Of a stretch of 32,000 bases of DNA, positions 1-9,433 are shown in pieces. This DNA comes from Bdellovibrionales bacterium (GTDB lineage Bacteria; Bdellovibrionota; Bdellovibrionia; Bdellovibrionales; UBA1609). The notes under the pieces were generated by a model. That model was not told the origin of the DNA, ran no database searches, and was given only the letters and a program-made list of their open reading frames with translations. The DNA lies in contig OY843585.1 of assembly GCA_963692945.1 (NCBI GenBank), positions 510,001 to 542,000 on the forward strand, in the 5' to 3' direction. Within the stretch, counting starts at the first letter, position 1; the number at the start of each line of letters is the position of its first letter. The translations under genes and the position numbers were made by a program.

Positions 1-177
1 AGAGCTTTTGTGTATTTTTTGAGATTCTAAAAAGGGACGAATAAAATCACTGTCTGTTGGTTCTCCAGTTTGTATGGGTTTCCAATAGCTAGCTTTAAAA
101 AAAAGACAGAGACCTAAAGAGACTAGAGTTTTCCCCACCCCCGTATCTGTTCCTGTAACAAAAAAACCTTTAGACAT
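1..177 (-). CDS. bioD: dethiobiotin synthase, N-terminal part (gene runs off the left edge)
   Basis: Not in the ORF track because it is truncated. Minus-strand ATG at 177-175 reads MSKGFFVTGTDTGVGKTLVSLGLCLFFKASYWKPIQTGEPTDSDF..., which carries the GTDTxVGKT P-loop of BioD. The start overlaps the bioF stop by 8 nt and the gene follows bioB-bioF. Confidence 0.8.
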   Translation of the reverse strand, partial: MSKGFFVTGTDTGVGKTLVSLGLCLFFKASYWKPIQTGEPTDSDFIRPFLESQKIHKSS

Positions 178-1255
178 TTTGTAAATGATTTTTTAAGTTT
201 TCTAAATCTTTTTCATTGTGCTTGTATTGTAAAATGACTCTTAAACCGGCTTGTTCTTTAGGCACTGTAGGATAACGAATGGCTCGGATGTTAAACCCTT
301 TTTCTCTAAGTTTTTTTGCTTTTTCAAGAGCTGATGTAGGGGTTTTTAACCAGATGGGAAGAATAGGACTTTCACTTTCTTTAAGTGAGAGAGATTTTCT
401 AAATTGTAAAGATTTTTTTCTCACTTCTAAAGGTCTATACACTTCCGATTTTAAAACTTCTACGGCCGCTTTCCACTGAACCATTAAAAGAGGAGGTGGA
501 GCTGTTGTATAAATAAAAGAGCGACAATAATTTACAAGATAGTCTTTGATGAGTTTGGAGCAGGCAACAAAAGCTCCTGAACTCCCTAGAGCCTTTCCAC
601 AAGTATGAAGAGATACAATATGTTCTTTGTCTTTTAGATCATAGACCAACCCTGAAAATTGACGACCAAACAGACCTGTAGAGTGAGCTTCATCCACAAC
701 AAGAAGGGCTTTGTGTTTTAGAGCCAAATCAGACAATTGTTTTAAATGTGAAAAATCTCCTTCTATACTAAAGAGGCTTTCTGTTACCAGAAGTTTTTCT
801 CGTTTTTCTTTTTTCAATAAATCTTCTAAAACATTTAGATCATTGTGAGGAAAAATATGATAAGGGGAGTGGCTTAAACGAATGCCGTCAATAAGGCTTG
901 CATGGTTTAATTCATCTGAGAAAATGACTTTATTTTTTGCTAGAGCAGGAATCAGTCCAACATTTGCTAGATAACCTGATGAAAAACTTACAATGGATGG
1001 TCTTCCTGTAAAGTCTTGTAGAATGGTTTCTGTTTCTTCATGCCATGTTGTTGTTCCCGACAGCAGCCTAGAAGATTTTGCGGAAAGCTCTATGTTGTTT
1101 TCAAGAGCTGCTATCATTTCTTCACGAATTGTAGGATGAGTGCTAAGATTTAAGTAATCGTTAGAAGTAAAATCTAAGCCGTTGAGTTTATTGGTTTTGC
1201 GATAAATATTTTTCTTTTTTCTGTCTTCTAAATTTTTTTCAAAAAGATCAAACAT
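170..1255 (-). CDS. bioF: 8-amino-7-oxononanoate synthase (PLP-dependent alpha-oxoamine synthase)
   Basis: 361 aa. Motifs SGYLANVGLIPAL, VDEAHSTGLFG and the PLP-lysine context HTCGKALGSSGAF. Sandwiched between bioB and bioD with overlapping stop/start codons. Confidence 0.88.
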   Translation of the reverse strand: MFDLFEKNLEDRKKKNIYRKTNKLNGLDFTSNDYLNLSTHPTIREEMIAALENNIELSAKSSRLLSGTTTWHEETETILQDFTGRPSIVSFSSGYLANVGLIPALAKNKVIFSDELNHASLIDGIRLSHSPYHIFPHNDLNVLEDLLKKEKREKLLVTESLFSIEGDFSHLKQLSDLALKHKALLVVDEAHSTGLFGRQFSGLVYDLKDKEHIVSLHTCGKALGSSGAFVACSKLIKDYLVNYCRSFIYTTAPPPLLMVQWKAAVEVLKSEVYRPLEVRKKSLQFRKSLSLKESESPILPIWLKTPTSALEKAKKLREKGFNIRAIRYPTVPKEQAGLRVILQYKHNEKDLENLKNHLQNV

Positions 1256-2198
1256 GAATATTCTCTAGAGGTTTTGTGAGCTGAAGTCCCGCTTCTTTTA
1301 GTAGGAGTTTATCCGATTTTAAAGAAGGATTTTCTGCTGTCAGAAGTTTATCTCCTAAGAAAATAGAATTGGCTCCACTGTAAAAACAAAGGAGTTGTTC
1401 GGCTTCATTCATAGTGCTTCGTCCTGCACTGAGACGAATAAAAGATTTTTTCATGAGTATTCGTGATACAGCAATGACTCGTAAAACTTCCAGAGCAGAA
1501 ATAGGTTTTTGATGTTCCAGAGGAGTTCCTTTTATAGGGACAAGGGTATTTATAGTTAGGCTTTCTGGAGGAGGAGATAGTTTGTTTAATTGATGAATAA
1601 AAGAGATGCGATCTTCTTTTGTTTCCCCCATTCCTAAAATGCCACCAGTGCAAACCGTTAAACCCGCTTCTCTTACATTTTGTAAAGTTTTTAATCGGTC
1701 TTCATATTTTCTAGTGGTTATAATTTGGGAGTAAAATTCAGGTGAGGTATCAATGTTATGATTGTAAGCATAGAGACCAGCTTGTTTTAATTTTTTAGCT
1801 TGATTAAGATTCAGCATTCCTAAAGTGCAACAAACTTCAAGCCCGAGTTCCTTCACGGCTGTAACCATTTTTAAAACTTTTTCAAAATCAGATCCTTCTT
1901 TAATTTCTCTCCAAGCAGCACCCATACAAAAACGAGAAGCTCCTTCTTTTTTTGCTTCCTTTGCTTTTTTCAAAACCGTTTCTAAATCTAAAAGTTTTTC
2001 TTTTTGGAGTTTCGTTTGATAGTGGGAGGATTGAGAGCAGTAACTGCAATTTTCAGGACACCCTCCTGTTTTGATAGAAAGAAGACGACTGGCTTGAATT
2101 TTTTTTGTTGCAAAGTTTTTCTTATGGATGTCGTGAGACTTTTCTATAAGATCAACGAGTGGCTTAGAATAAAGAGATTTTATATAGGATTTGTCCAT
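1248..2198 (-). CDS. bioB: biotin synthase (radical SAM)
   Basis: 316 aa. CxxxCxxC appears as GGCPENCSYCSQS, and the rest of the protein is typical BioB (CMGAAWR, YNHNIDTS). 8-nt overlap with bioF. Confidence 0.95.
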   Translation of the reverse strand: MDKSYIKSLYSKPLVDLIEKSHDIHKKNFATKKIQASRLLSIKTGGCPENCSYCSQSSHYQTKLQKEKLLDLETVLKKAKEAKKEGASRFCMGAAWREIKEGSDFEKVLKMVTAVKELGLEVCCTLGMLNLNQAKKLKQAGLYAYNHNIDTSPEFYSQIITTRKYEDRLKTLQNVREAGLTVCTGGILGMGETKEDRISFIHQLNKLSPPPESLTINTLVPIKGTPLEHQKPISALEVLRVIAVSRILMKKSFIRLSAGRSTMNEAEQLLCFYSGANSIFLGDKLLTAENPSLKSDKLLLKEAGLQLTKPLENIHV

Positions 2199-2299
2199 TT
2201 TTTTCTAAGTATTTTGTATCAAATTTCAATTCTAAAATCCAATAGGAAAAGGTATGGTCAGGATGAAACTTATAGACTATACTGGGCTCACTCAATTTT

Positions 2300-2938
2300 A
2301 TGTCGTTTTTAGCGTTTGAAGGAATAGATGGTTCGGGTAAAAGCACTCTTATAAAGGCTTTATGTGAGAATCTTCAAAAAAAAGGTTTTCAACCTGTTGT
2401 CACCCGGGAACCCGGGGGAACCTTTGTAGGTGAAAGAATACGATCTATTTTGCTTGAAAAAACAGATCATCCCCCAGATCCCTACACAGAAATACTTCTT
2501 TATTACGCAGATAGACATCAACATATTTCTGAAATCATTCGGCCTCAATTGAAAAAAGGAGCCTTTCTTATTTCGGATCGCTACTGGGCGAGTACTTTTG
2601 CGTACCAGTGTGGTGGTCGTCAAATAGATGAAGCCTTTGTTTCCCATATTCATCAAAAAATTTGTGAACCCTCTTGTGATCCTGATCTTTGGATTTTACT
2701 GGATTTACCTGTGGAAAAATCTTTAGAACGATTGTCAAAAAATTCTGAAAAGAAGCGGGATCGTTTTGAATTGGAAGAAAAAGATTTTCACCAAAGAATC
2801 AGAGATTATTATTTGAAGTTGAGTCAAAAAAAATCTGAGTCTTGGTTGGTCTTGGATGCCACTCAAGAATCTCAAAAACTTTTAGAAGAAATTTTATCCA
2901 GCTTAAAGGAGAGAAACCTTTTGGAGAGTGAGAGATGA
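2300..2938 (+). CDS. tmk: thymidylate kinase
   Basis: 212 aa. P-loop FLAFEGIDGSGKST, plus TREPGGT and SDRYWAS (DRY-type) motifs. Confidence 0.95.
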   Translation: MSFLAFEGIDGSGKSTLIKALCENLQKKGFQPVVTREPGGTFVGERIRSILLEKTDHPPDPYTEILLYYADRHQHISEIIRPQLKKGAFLISDRYWASTFAYQCGGRQIDEAFVSHIHQKICEPSCDPDLWILLDLPVEKSLERLSKNSEKKRDRFELEEKDFHQRIRDYYLKLSQKKSESWLVLDATQESQKLLEEILSSLKERNLLESER

Positions 2939-3897
2939 ATCAAGGTCTTTTTGCAAAAATTAAAGGACATGACCTTGTTAAAAAAAAGTTATTTCAATCT
3001 TTGGAAAAACAAAGGTTGGCTCATGCTCTCCTTTTTTCAGGAGTTTCAGGGATTGGTAAAAAAGCAATGGCTTTTGCTTTTGCCCAAAAGTTATTGTGCG
3101 ATACAAGTTCTTCTTGTGGGGAATGTTATTCTTGTTTAAATGTAGAAAAAAATACAAGTGAAAATGTTTTATTTATTTCTACAGAGAGTTTGAATTTAAA
3201 ATTAGAAGATGTTCAAGATATTCATTCTTTTGTGGCTTTAGGGACAGATAAATTTAAAATTGTTATTATCGATTCGGCTGAAAAATTAACCTCTAAAGCG
3301 GCTAATTCTTTGTTAAAAGTTATAGAAGAACCTCCTGGAAAAAGTTTTTTCTTTTTTATTTCCTCAGAAGCTTCTAAGCTACCTATAACTATACGGTCTC
3401 GGTTACAAACCATTCGGTTTAATCCTCTTCCTCTAGATCTCATAAAAAGTTTTGTATCTGCTGAGGATTGGATGATTGCAGCTTCTCAAGGTCGTTTAGA
3501 TCGCCTATATGATCTGCAAGATCAAAAAGAGTTGAGGCAAATAGCCATTGATTTATGGAAGGTGATTTTCAAAAAAGGGGTTAAGGCTCAAATAGTGGAA
3601 TTTCCTGTAGTCCTTAAAAAACGCAAAGAAGCTTTAATCCTTTGTGAGTATTGGATTCAGTTATTAAGAGATGCTCGTTTGATGATAGTGGGAGAAATGG
3701 GACGATTTATACATGGGGATCAAAAATCTATAATAGAAAAAATAGCAAAACTTTCTGTTCAAGAGCTAGATTGTTTAATTAAGAAATCTTTGGAATTGGA
3801 AAAGAATTTGAGATCAAACATAGATTGTATTTTATGTTTTGAGAATTTTGTGATATCTCTTCAAAAAACAATTCAAAGTTGGGAAAAATGTGGATAG
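2935..3897 (+). CDS. holB: DNA polymerase III delta-prime subunit
   Basis: 320 aa. HALLFSGVSGIGKKAMA, Zn module CGECYSC, ANSLLKVIEEPP, SRLQ sensor. ATGA overlap with the tmk stop. tmk-holB-tatD is a classical gene order. Confidence 0.85.
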   Translation: MNQGLFAKIKGHDLVKKKLFQSLEKQRLAHALLFSGVSGIGKKAMAFAFAQKLLCDTSSSCGECYSCLNVEKNTSENVLFISTESLNLKLEDVQDIHSFVALGTDKFKIVIIDSAEKLTSKAANSLLKVIEEPPGKSFFFFISSEASKLPITIRSRLQTIRFNPLPLDLIKSFVSAEDWMIAASQGRLDRLYDLQDQKELRQIAIDLWKVIFKKGVKAQIVEFPVVLKKRKEALILCEYWIQLLRDARLMIVGEMGRFIHGDQKSIIEKIAKLSVQELDCLIKKSLELEKNLRSNIDCILCFENFVISLQKTIQSWEKCG

Positions 3898-4676
3898 ACA
3901 CTCATGCTCATTTAGATAAAATAACTCTTCCTCCAAAACAAGTTTTGGATCAGGCAAAAACCTCTTTGGTTGATCATATTATTACCATTGGGACGGAGCT
4001 CAAAGATTGGAAGAAAGTCATTGATTTTTGTGAAACTTATAAACCTCAAGTTTATGGAACTTTAGGTTTACACCCTCATTCTGCAAAAGATTGGAATAAA
4101 GAATGTGAAGATTTTTTAAGAAAGAATTTAACTCATGAAAGGATTGTTGCTGTTGGAGAGATTGGTTTAGATTATTATTATGAAAATTCAAAAAGAGATG
4201 TGCAAAAAAAGGTTTTTGAAAAACAACTTAGTATTGCTAAGGAGTTTAATCTTCCTGTTGAAATTCATACTAGAGAGGCTGAAGAAGACACTTTATTTTT
4301 TTTAAAAAAAATGCAAGGAAGTGTGAGAGGTCTTCTTCATTGTTTTACAAGCTCTTATGAAATGGCTCGTGCTGCTTTAGATCTAGGTTTTAATATTTCT
4401 TTTAGTGGTATTATAACTTTTAAAAACTCTGAATCTATTAGACAGATATGTCAAAAAATGCCTCTTGATCGTATCCATATTGAAACGGATTCCCCGTTTT
4501 TATCTCCTGTCCCTTACCGTGGAAAAGAAAATCAACCCGCTCGGGTTAGCACTGTTGCAGAAACAGTGGCCTCTCTTCACAATGTAGATTTAGAGACTTT
4601 GTCTAACCAGTTAAGAAGAAACACTTTGGATTTATTTTCAAAAATAAACAAAGAGGATTTACAATGTCTAAATTAA
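3888..4676 (+). CDS. TatD-family metal-dependent hydrolase/DNase
   Basis: IDTHAHLD at the N terminus, plus EIGLDYYY, VEIHTRE, LHCF and ETDSPFL. I prefer ATG 3888 (MWIDTHAH) to the TTG at 3879 used in the track. The start overlaps the holB stop. Confidence 0.85.
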   Translation: MWIDTHAHLDKITLPPKQVLDQAKTSLVDHIITIGTELKDWKKVIDFCETYKPQVYGTLGLHPHSAKDWNKECEDFLRKNLTHERIVAVGEIGLDYYYENSKRDVQKKVFEKQLSIAKEFNLPVEIHTREAEEDTLFFLKKMQGSVRGLLHCFTSSYEMARAALDLGFNISFSGIITFKNSESIRQICQKMPLDRIHIETDSPFLSPVPYRGKENQPARVSTVAETVASLHNVDLETLSNQLRRNTLDLFSKINKEDLQCLN

Positions 4677-5665
4677 AAGTAGGAATCAATGGTTTAGGTC
4701 GTATTGGTCGTCTTGTGTTTCGTTACGGTTTTGATTCTTTAGATATTGTGGCCGTGAATGGAAGAAGTTCTGAAGAGATGGTGGCTCATCTTCTTAAATA
4801 CGACAGTGTTCATGGGGTTTGGAATAAAAAAGTAGAAGCAAAATCCAACAGTATTTTGGTGAATGATAAACCTGTTGCTTATTTACAGGAGTCGAAACCT
4901 TCTAATATAAATTGGGATAAATATGATGTAGATGTTGTTATTGAATGTACAGGAAAGTTTAAAACTAAAGAAGATCTTAAAGAGCATCTGTCCAACAAAG
5001 TGAAACATGTTATTGTTTCTGCACCGGCCAAAGGAGTTGATTTCACTTTAGTTTATGGGGTGAATCAACATCTTTTTCAAAGAGATAAACACTCTATTGT
5101 GAGTAACACTTCCTGCACGACAAATTGTTTAGCTCCTCTTATTAAAATTTTTAATGAACAATGGGGTGTGCAAAGAGGTTTTATGACAACGGTTCATTCT
5201 TATACAAACGATCAAAAGATTTTAGATTCAGCTCATCCAAAAGATTTTAGGAGAGCAAGGACGGCGGCTCTTAATATGATACCAACAAGCACAGGAGCAG
5301 GAACATCTTTAGATAGTATTTTTCCTGAACTCAAAGGCCGAATCAAAGGAATATCGGTAAGGGTGCCTGTTGCTAATGTGAGTCTTGTAGATTTAACGGT
5401 TGAAACTAAAAAATCTATAAACCAACGAGATATCAACGAGATATTTAAAAAATATTCTAAAGGAGAATTAAAAAATATTCTTGGATTTGAAGAGAAAGCT
5501 CTTGTGAGTTCAGATTTTATAGGAAGGAAAGAGAGTTCTATTGTGGATGCTCTTTCTACAGAAGTTTTAGATAAAAATTTAGTTAAAGTTCTTTCTTGGT
5601 ATGATAATGAGGCAGGTTTTTCTCAACGAATCATTGATTTTATTCATGATATGGAAAATCAATAA
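4664..5665 (+). CDS. gap: glyceraldehyde-3-phosphate dehydrogenase
   Basis: 333 aa. NGLGRIGR dinucleotide fold, catalytic SNTSCTTNCLAP, SWYDNE near the C terminus. Confidence 0.95.
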   Translation: MSKLKVGINGLGRIGRLVFRYGFDSLDIVAVNGRSSEEMVAHLLKYDSVHGVWNKKVEAKSNSILVNDKPVAYLQESKPSNINWDKYDVDVVIECTGKFKTKEDLKEHLSNKVKHVIVSAPAKGVDFTLVYGVNQHLFQRDKHSIVSNTSCTTNCLAPLIKIFNEQWGVQRGFMTTVHSYTNDQKILDSAHPKDFRRARTAALNMIPTSTGAGTSLDSIFPELKGRIKGISVRVPVANVSLVDLTVETKKSINQRDINEIFKKYSKGELKNILGFEEKALVSSDFIGRKESSIVDALSTEVLDKNLVKVLSWYDNEAGFSQRIIDFIHDMENQ

Positions 5666-5674
5666 GAGATAGAC

Positions 5675-6862
5675 ATGCCTAAAACTCAACTAAAATCTCT
5701 AAAAGACTTTGATTTAAAAGATAAAAAATTATTTATGCGAGTGGATTTTAATGTTCCTATCAAAAATGGAAAAGTTTTAGATTCTTATCGTATTGATAAG
5801 GCGATGCCAAGCATTCAATATGTTTTAGATCAAGGAGCTAAATTGGTTTTGGCTTCTCATTTAGGTAGGCCAAAAGGGCGAGTTATACCGGGGTTGAGTT
5901 TGCAATCCATTGCTACATTTTTAACAGAAAAATACAATCTAGAAATTATTTTTTTAGAAGAACCAGACAGTGATGTTCCTCATACTTTATTGCAAGGGCT
6001 AAGAAAAAATCAAATTATTTTATTGAATAATTTAAGATTTCATAAAGGAGAGCAGGAATTGGATAAAAATTTTGCTAGGCAAATGTCTTCTTATATAGAT
6101 ATTTATGTGAATGAAGGTTTTAGCATTTCTCATAGAAAGGATACAAGTATCTTTCTTCTCCCTGAAATGATTTCTAATTGTTGTGTGGGTTTTCAATTTC
6201 AGAAAGAAATGGAAGAATTAGATAAAATTCGGTTGAAAAAAACAAAGAAACCTTTTTTTGTTTGTCTAGGTGGAAGTAAGGTTCAAGACAAAACACTTGT
6301 CTTAGAGAGTTTAATAGATCAGACAGATGAATTTTTTATAGGAGGAATGATGGCTTATTCCTTTCTAAAAGCACAAGACCGATCTGTTGGGGATTCTTAT
6401 GTCAACAAAGAGTATCTATCAAAACTTGAAGTGTTTATGGAAAGATTGGAAAAAAGAGAAAAAAAATTGTGGTTGCCCATAGATCATATTGTTATTAAGG
6501 GAGGTGAGATGCAAGTTACACAAGATGCTTATATCCCTGAAGGTTATAAAGGTGTTGATATAGGTCCTCAAACTCAAAAACTTTTTTGTAAAGAACTGCA
6601 AAGAGCGAACTCTATTTTTTGGAATGGACCTATGGGTTGGTTTGAAAGGGAAGAGTTTAGTGTTGGGACTAAGGAGATTGCTAAATCTCTTGTAAAAAAT
6701 AAAAACGCTTATCGTATTATAGGGGGAGGTCATTCTGCTTTGGCAGTTAGAGAGTATGAAGAGGAACTCAACCATATTTCAACAGGTGGAGGAGCTAGTC
6801 TTTCCTACTTAAAAGGGGATGTCCTTCCAGGGATTCAAAGTGTTTTGACGAGAGTTCAATGA
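5675..6862 (+). CDS. pgk: phosphoglycerate kinase
   Basis: 395 aa. MRVDFNVP, ASHLGRPKG, FWNGPMGWFE, STGGGASL. Confidence 0.95.
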   Translation: MPKTQLKSLKDFDLKDKKLFMRVDFNVPIKNGKVLDSYRIDKAMPSIQYVLDQGAKLVLASHLGRPKGRVIPGLSLQSIATFLTEKYNLEIIFLEEPDSDVPHTLLQGLRKNQIILLNNLRFHKGEQELDKNFARQMSSYIDIYVNEGFSISHRKDTSIFLLPEMISNCCVGFQFQKEMEELDKIRLKKTKKPFFVCLGGSKVQDKTLVLESLIDQTDEFFIGGMMAYSFLKAQDRSVGDSYVNKEYLSKLEVFMERLEKREKKLWLPIDHIVIKGGEMQVTQDAYIPEGYKGVDIGPQTQKLFCKELQRANSIFWNGPMGWFEREEFSVGTKEIAKSLVKNKNAYRIIGGGHSALAVREYEEELNHISTGGGASLSYLKGDVLPGIQSVLTRVQ

Positions 6863-6863
6863 T

Positions 6864-7613
6864 ATGATGTATATTGCAAATTGGAAAATGAATATAGGTT
6901 ATAAAGAAGCTCAAAACTTTCTTTTTAAATTTAAAAATTTTTTAAAAGAAGGAGAGAAAGAAAAGTTTATTTTTTTACCTCCAGCCTTTTTATCTGGATT
7001 ATTCCATCAAGAAAAATTTTATTGGGGAGCTCAAAATGTTTCTTCTGTAAACAAAGGAGCTTTTACAGGGGAAAACTCTGTAGATGTCATTCAAGAAATG
7101 GGAGCTCAATTTTGTTTGTTAGGTCATAGTGAACGTCGTTACACTTTTGGAGAAACAGATGCAGATGTAGAAAAAAAGTTTGATTTAATTCAAAAGATGA
7201 ATCTTATCCCTATATTATGTGTAGGAGAATTAAGTCATGAAAGAAGAGATAAACAATCTGTTTTTAGAAGACAGTTATCTTGGATTAAAACTTATGATAA
7301 ATATCAAAAATTACCTTGGAAACCAGAAAATAGACCTGAGTCTTTTAGAGAGATTCCACTTATTGTAGCCTATGAACCTGTATGGGCTATTGGTACGGGT
7401 GAAACTCCTTCTCCAGAAGAAGTTAATGAATCACATCACTTTATAAAAGAATATTTACAATTTGAAAATATTCCTGTTTTTTACGGTGGAAGTGTGACAA
7501 AAGAAAATGTATTTTCATTGTCTCAAAATAAATACATGGATGGATTTTTAATTGGAGGAGCTTCTTTAAAAGCAGAAGAATTTTATTCTATCTATGAAAG
7601 AAGTAAGAATTAA
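6864..7613 (+). CDS. tpiA: triosephosphate isomerase
   Basis: 249 aa. ANWKMN, LLGHSERR, AYEPVWAIGTG, GGASL. Confidence 0.95.
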   Translation: MMYIANWKMNIGYKEAQNFLFKFKNFLKEGEKEKFIFLPPAFLSGLFHQEKFYWGAQNVSSVNKGAFTGENSVDVIQEMGAQFCLLGHSERRYTFGETDADVEKKFDLIQKMNLIPILCVGELSHERRDKQSVFRRQLSWIKTYDKYQKLPWKPENRPESFREIPLIVAYEPVWAIGTGETPSPEEVNESHHFIKEYLQFENIPVFYGGSVTKENVFSLSQNKYMDGFLIGGASLKAEEFYSIYERSKN

Positions 7614-7616
7614 AAT

Positions 7617-8621
7617 ATGATTAATATTTCTTTATCGGATATTCAAACGGCTCGGAAACGAATCCAGCCTTTTATCAAAAAAACATCGTTAAGAAAATCA
7701 GATTTTTTTAGTAAAAAAATAGGAAAAGATGTTTTTTTAAAATGGGAAACGGAACAAGAGATAAAAAGTTTTAAAATGAGGGGGGCTTTGAACAAAGTTT
7801 TTTCTTTAAAAGCGGAAGAAAAGCAAAGAGGGCTTATAGCGGCTTCAGCAGGCAATCATGCTCAAGGAGTTTCTTTGGCGGCTCACTATTCTAAAGTGAA
7901 TGCTCGTGTTGTTATGATGGAAACAGCTTCTAAAGTAAAAATAGAGGCAGCTAAACACTATGGAGCAGAAATCACTCTTAAAGGTAAAACTTTTGATGAC
8001 AGTTATGCTTATGCTCGGTCTATCCAAAAGGATTCTATTTTTATCCACCCTTTTGCTGATTCCTTAATTGTAGCAGGGCAGGGAACTTTAGCTTTAGAAA
8101 TATTGGAAGAAGAACCAGATATCACTTCTTGTGTTTTTGCTATCGGAGGTGGAGGTTTGATTTCTGGAAATTCATTTGTAATAAAACATTTCAAACCAGA
8201 GTGTAAAGTTTATGGAGTGGTTTGGGAGGGGACACCTGGTTTTTGTAAAAGTTATCATGATGTTCACAAATCTTGTGTTTGTGGAAATGTAGGCAGTGTG
8301 AATAAACCCTTTAAAAGTGGGTTAACAGATGGTATTGCTGTTAAACAATTGAAATTGGAAATGCTTGATTTTTGTAAACCTTATGTTGATGATATTGTTT
8401 GCGTTACAGAAGAAGAGATTTCTAAAACAATATTTGATACCTTAGAGCATGAAAAGCAAGTTGTAGAGGGTTCGGGTGTAGCGTCTTTAGCAGCTATTCT
8501 TAAGAACAAAGACAAATGGGATTTAGGAAAGAAGCCTTGTGCTATCATTTCTGGTGGAAATATTGATAAATCTGTTTTAGTAGATACTTTAAAGAAATAC
8601 TCAGGAGAGCTTAGAAAATGA
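7617..8621 (+). CDS. threonine/serine dehydratase (PLP fold type II), short form without an ACT regulatory domain
   Basis: 334 aa. PLP-lysine motif EIKSFKMRGA, ASAGNHAQGVSLAA, Gly loop GGGGLISG. The length leaves no room for C-terminal regulatory domains. Confidence 0.75.
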   Translation: MINISLSDIQTARKRIQPFIKKTSLRKSDFFSKKIGKDVFLKWETEQEIKSFKMRGALNKVFSLKAEEKQRGLIAASAGNHAQGVSLAAHYSKVNARVVMMETASKVKIEAAKHYGAEITLKGKTFDDSYAYARSIQKDSIFIHPFADSLIVAGQGTLALEILEEEPDITSCVFAIGGGGLISGNSFVIKHFKPECKVYGVVWEGTPGFCKSYHDVHKSCVCGNVGSVNKPFKSGLTDGIAVKQLKLEMLDFCKPYVDDIVCVTEEEISKTIFDTLEHEKQVVEGSGVASLAAILKNKDKWDLGKKPCAIISGGNIDKSVLVDTLKKYSGELRK

Positions 8622-9271
8622 AAAAAATCATTACTATTGATGGCTTAGCTTCTTCTGGAAAAAGTACATTAAGTCGTTTATTAGCTAAAAAATTGCATTG
8701 GAATTGGTTATCTTCAGGTGTTTTATACAGAGGATTTGCCTATGTTGGTCATAAAGAAAATTTAAAAACAGATGAAGATTATTTAGCCTTTATAAAATCC
8801 TCTCAATGGAGAGTGGATTTGACCCCTGAAAAAAGTTTATTTTTTTATAAAAATCAAGATGTTACTGATAAAATTTATCAAGAATGGGTGGATGATCTAT
8901 CTAGCACTTTAAGTGTTCGCATACGACTAAGAGAAAAATTGATACCCATTCAACGTGATTTTTACAATTCTGAAAAAGGACTTATTATAGAAGGGCGAGA
9001 TTCAGGAACGGTGATCTTTCCAGAGGCTTTGTTAAAAATATTCTTAATTGCTCCAGAACAGACGAGAGCTCAAAGAAGAGCAAAAGATCGCAAAGAAGAT
9101 GAAAAATTTATACTTAAATCTCAAAAAGAACGGGATAGGAGAGACCAAAATAGACCTTTTGCACCTGTAAAACAACCTGAAAGTAGTTTGGTTTTAAGCT
9201 CTGAAAAATACAGTCCTGAGGAAATGATGAATCAGGTGTATAAAGAGTATCAAAAAGTTTTTAGTTCCTAA
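8618..9271 (+). CDS. cmk: cytidylate kinase
   Basis: 217 aa. ITIDGLASSGKST P-loop. ATGA overlap with the upstream gene. Conserved cmk-rpsA adjacency. Confidence 0.9.
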   Translation: MKKIITIDGLASSGKSTLSRLLAKKLHWNWLSSGVLYRGFAYVGHKENLKTDEDYLAFIKSSQWRVDLTPEKSLFFYKNQDVTDKIYQEWVDDLSSTLSVRIRLREKLIPIQRDFYNSEKGLIIEGRDSGTVIFPEALLKIFLIAPEQTRAQRRAKDRKEDEKFILKSQKERDRRDQNRPFAPVKQPESSLVLSSEKYSPEEMMNQVYKEYQKVFSS

Positions 9272-9433
9272 CTTTTTCAAAATATCTAAAAAATCTTATT
9301 TAAGGCTTGCCCTGATGTTCCTTTAAAGGTTAAATTTTTGACTTTCGTTTAGGAAGAAGTTTGACTTTTCACTTAAAGAGAATTAAGTCTCTTTAAAGGG
9401 GTTAAAAAGAAAAACTTTTTTAAGGTTATTAAA

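Noticed and set aside
2199-2299. BirA-type bio operator in the bioB/tmk divergent region
   Set aside because: Only a 5-1-5 palindrome TATAGACTATA (about 2271-2281) is present. It overlaps a likely -10 element for tmk. Nothing resembles a long bioO-type inverted repeat.
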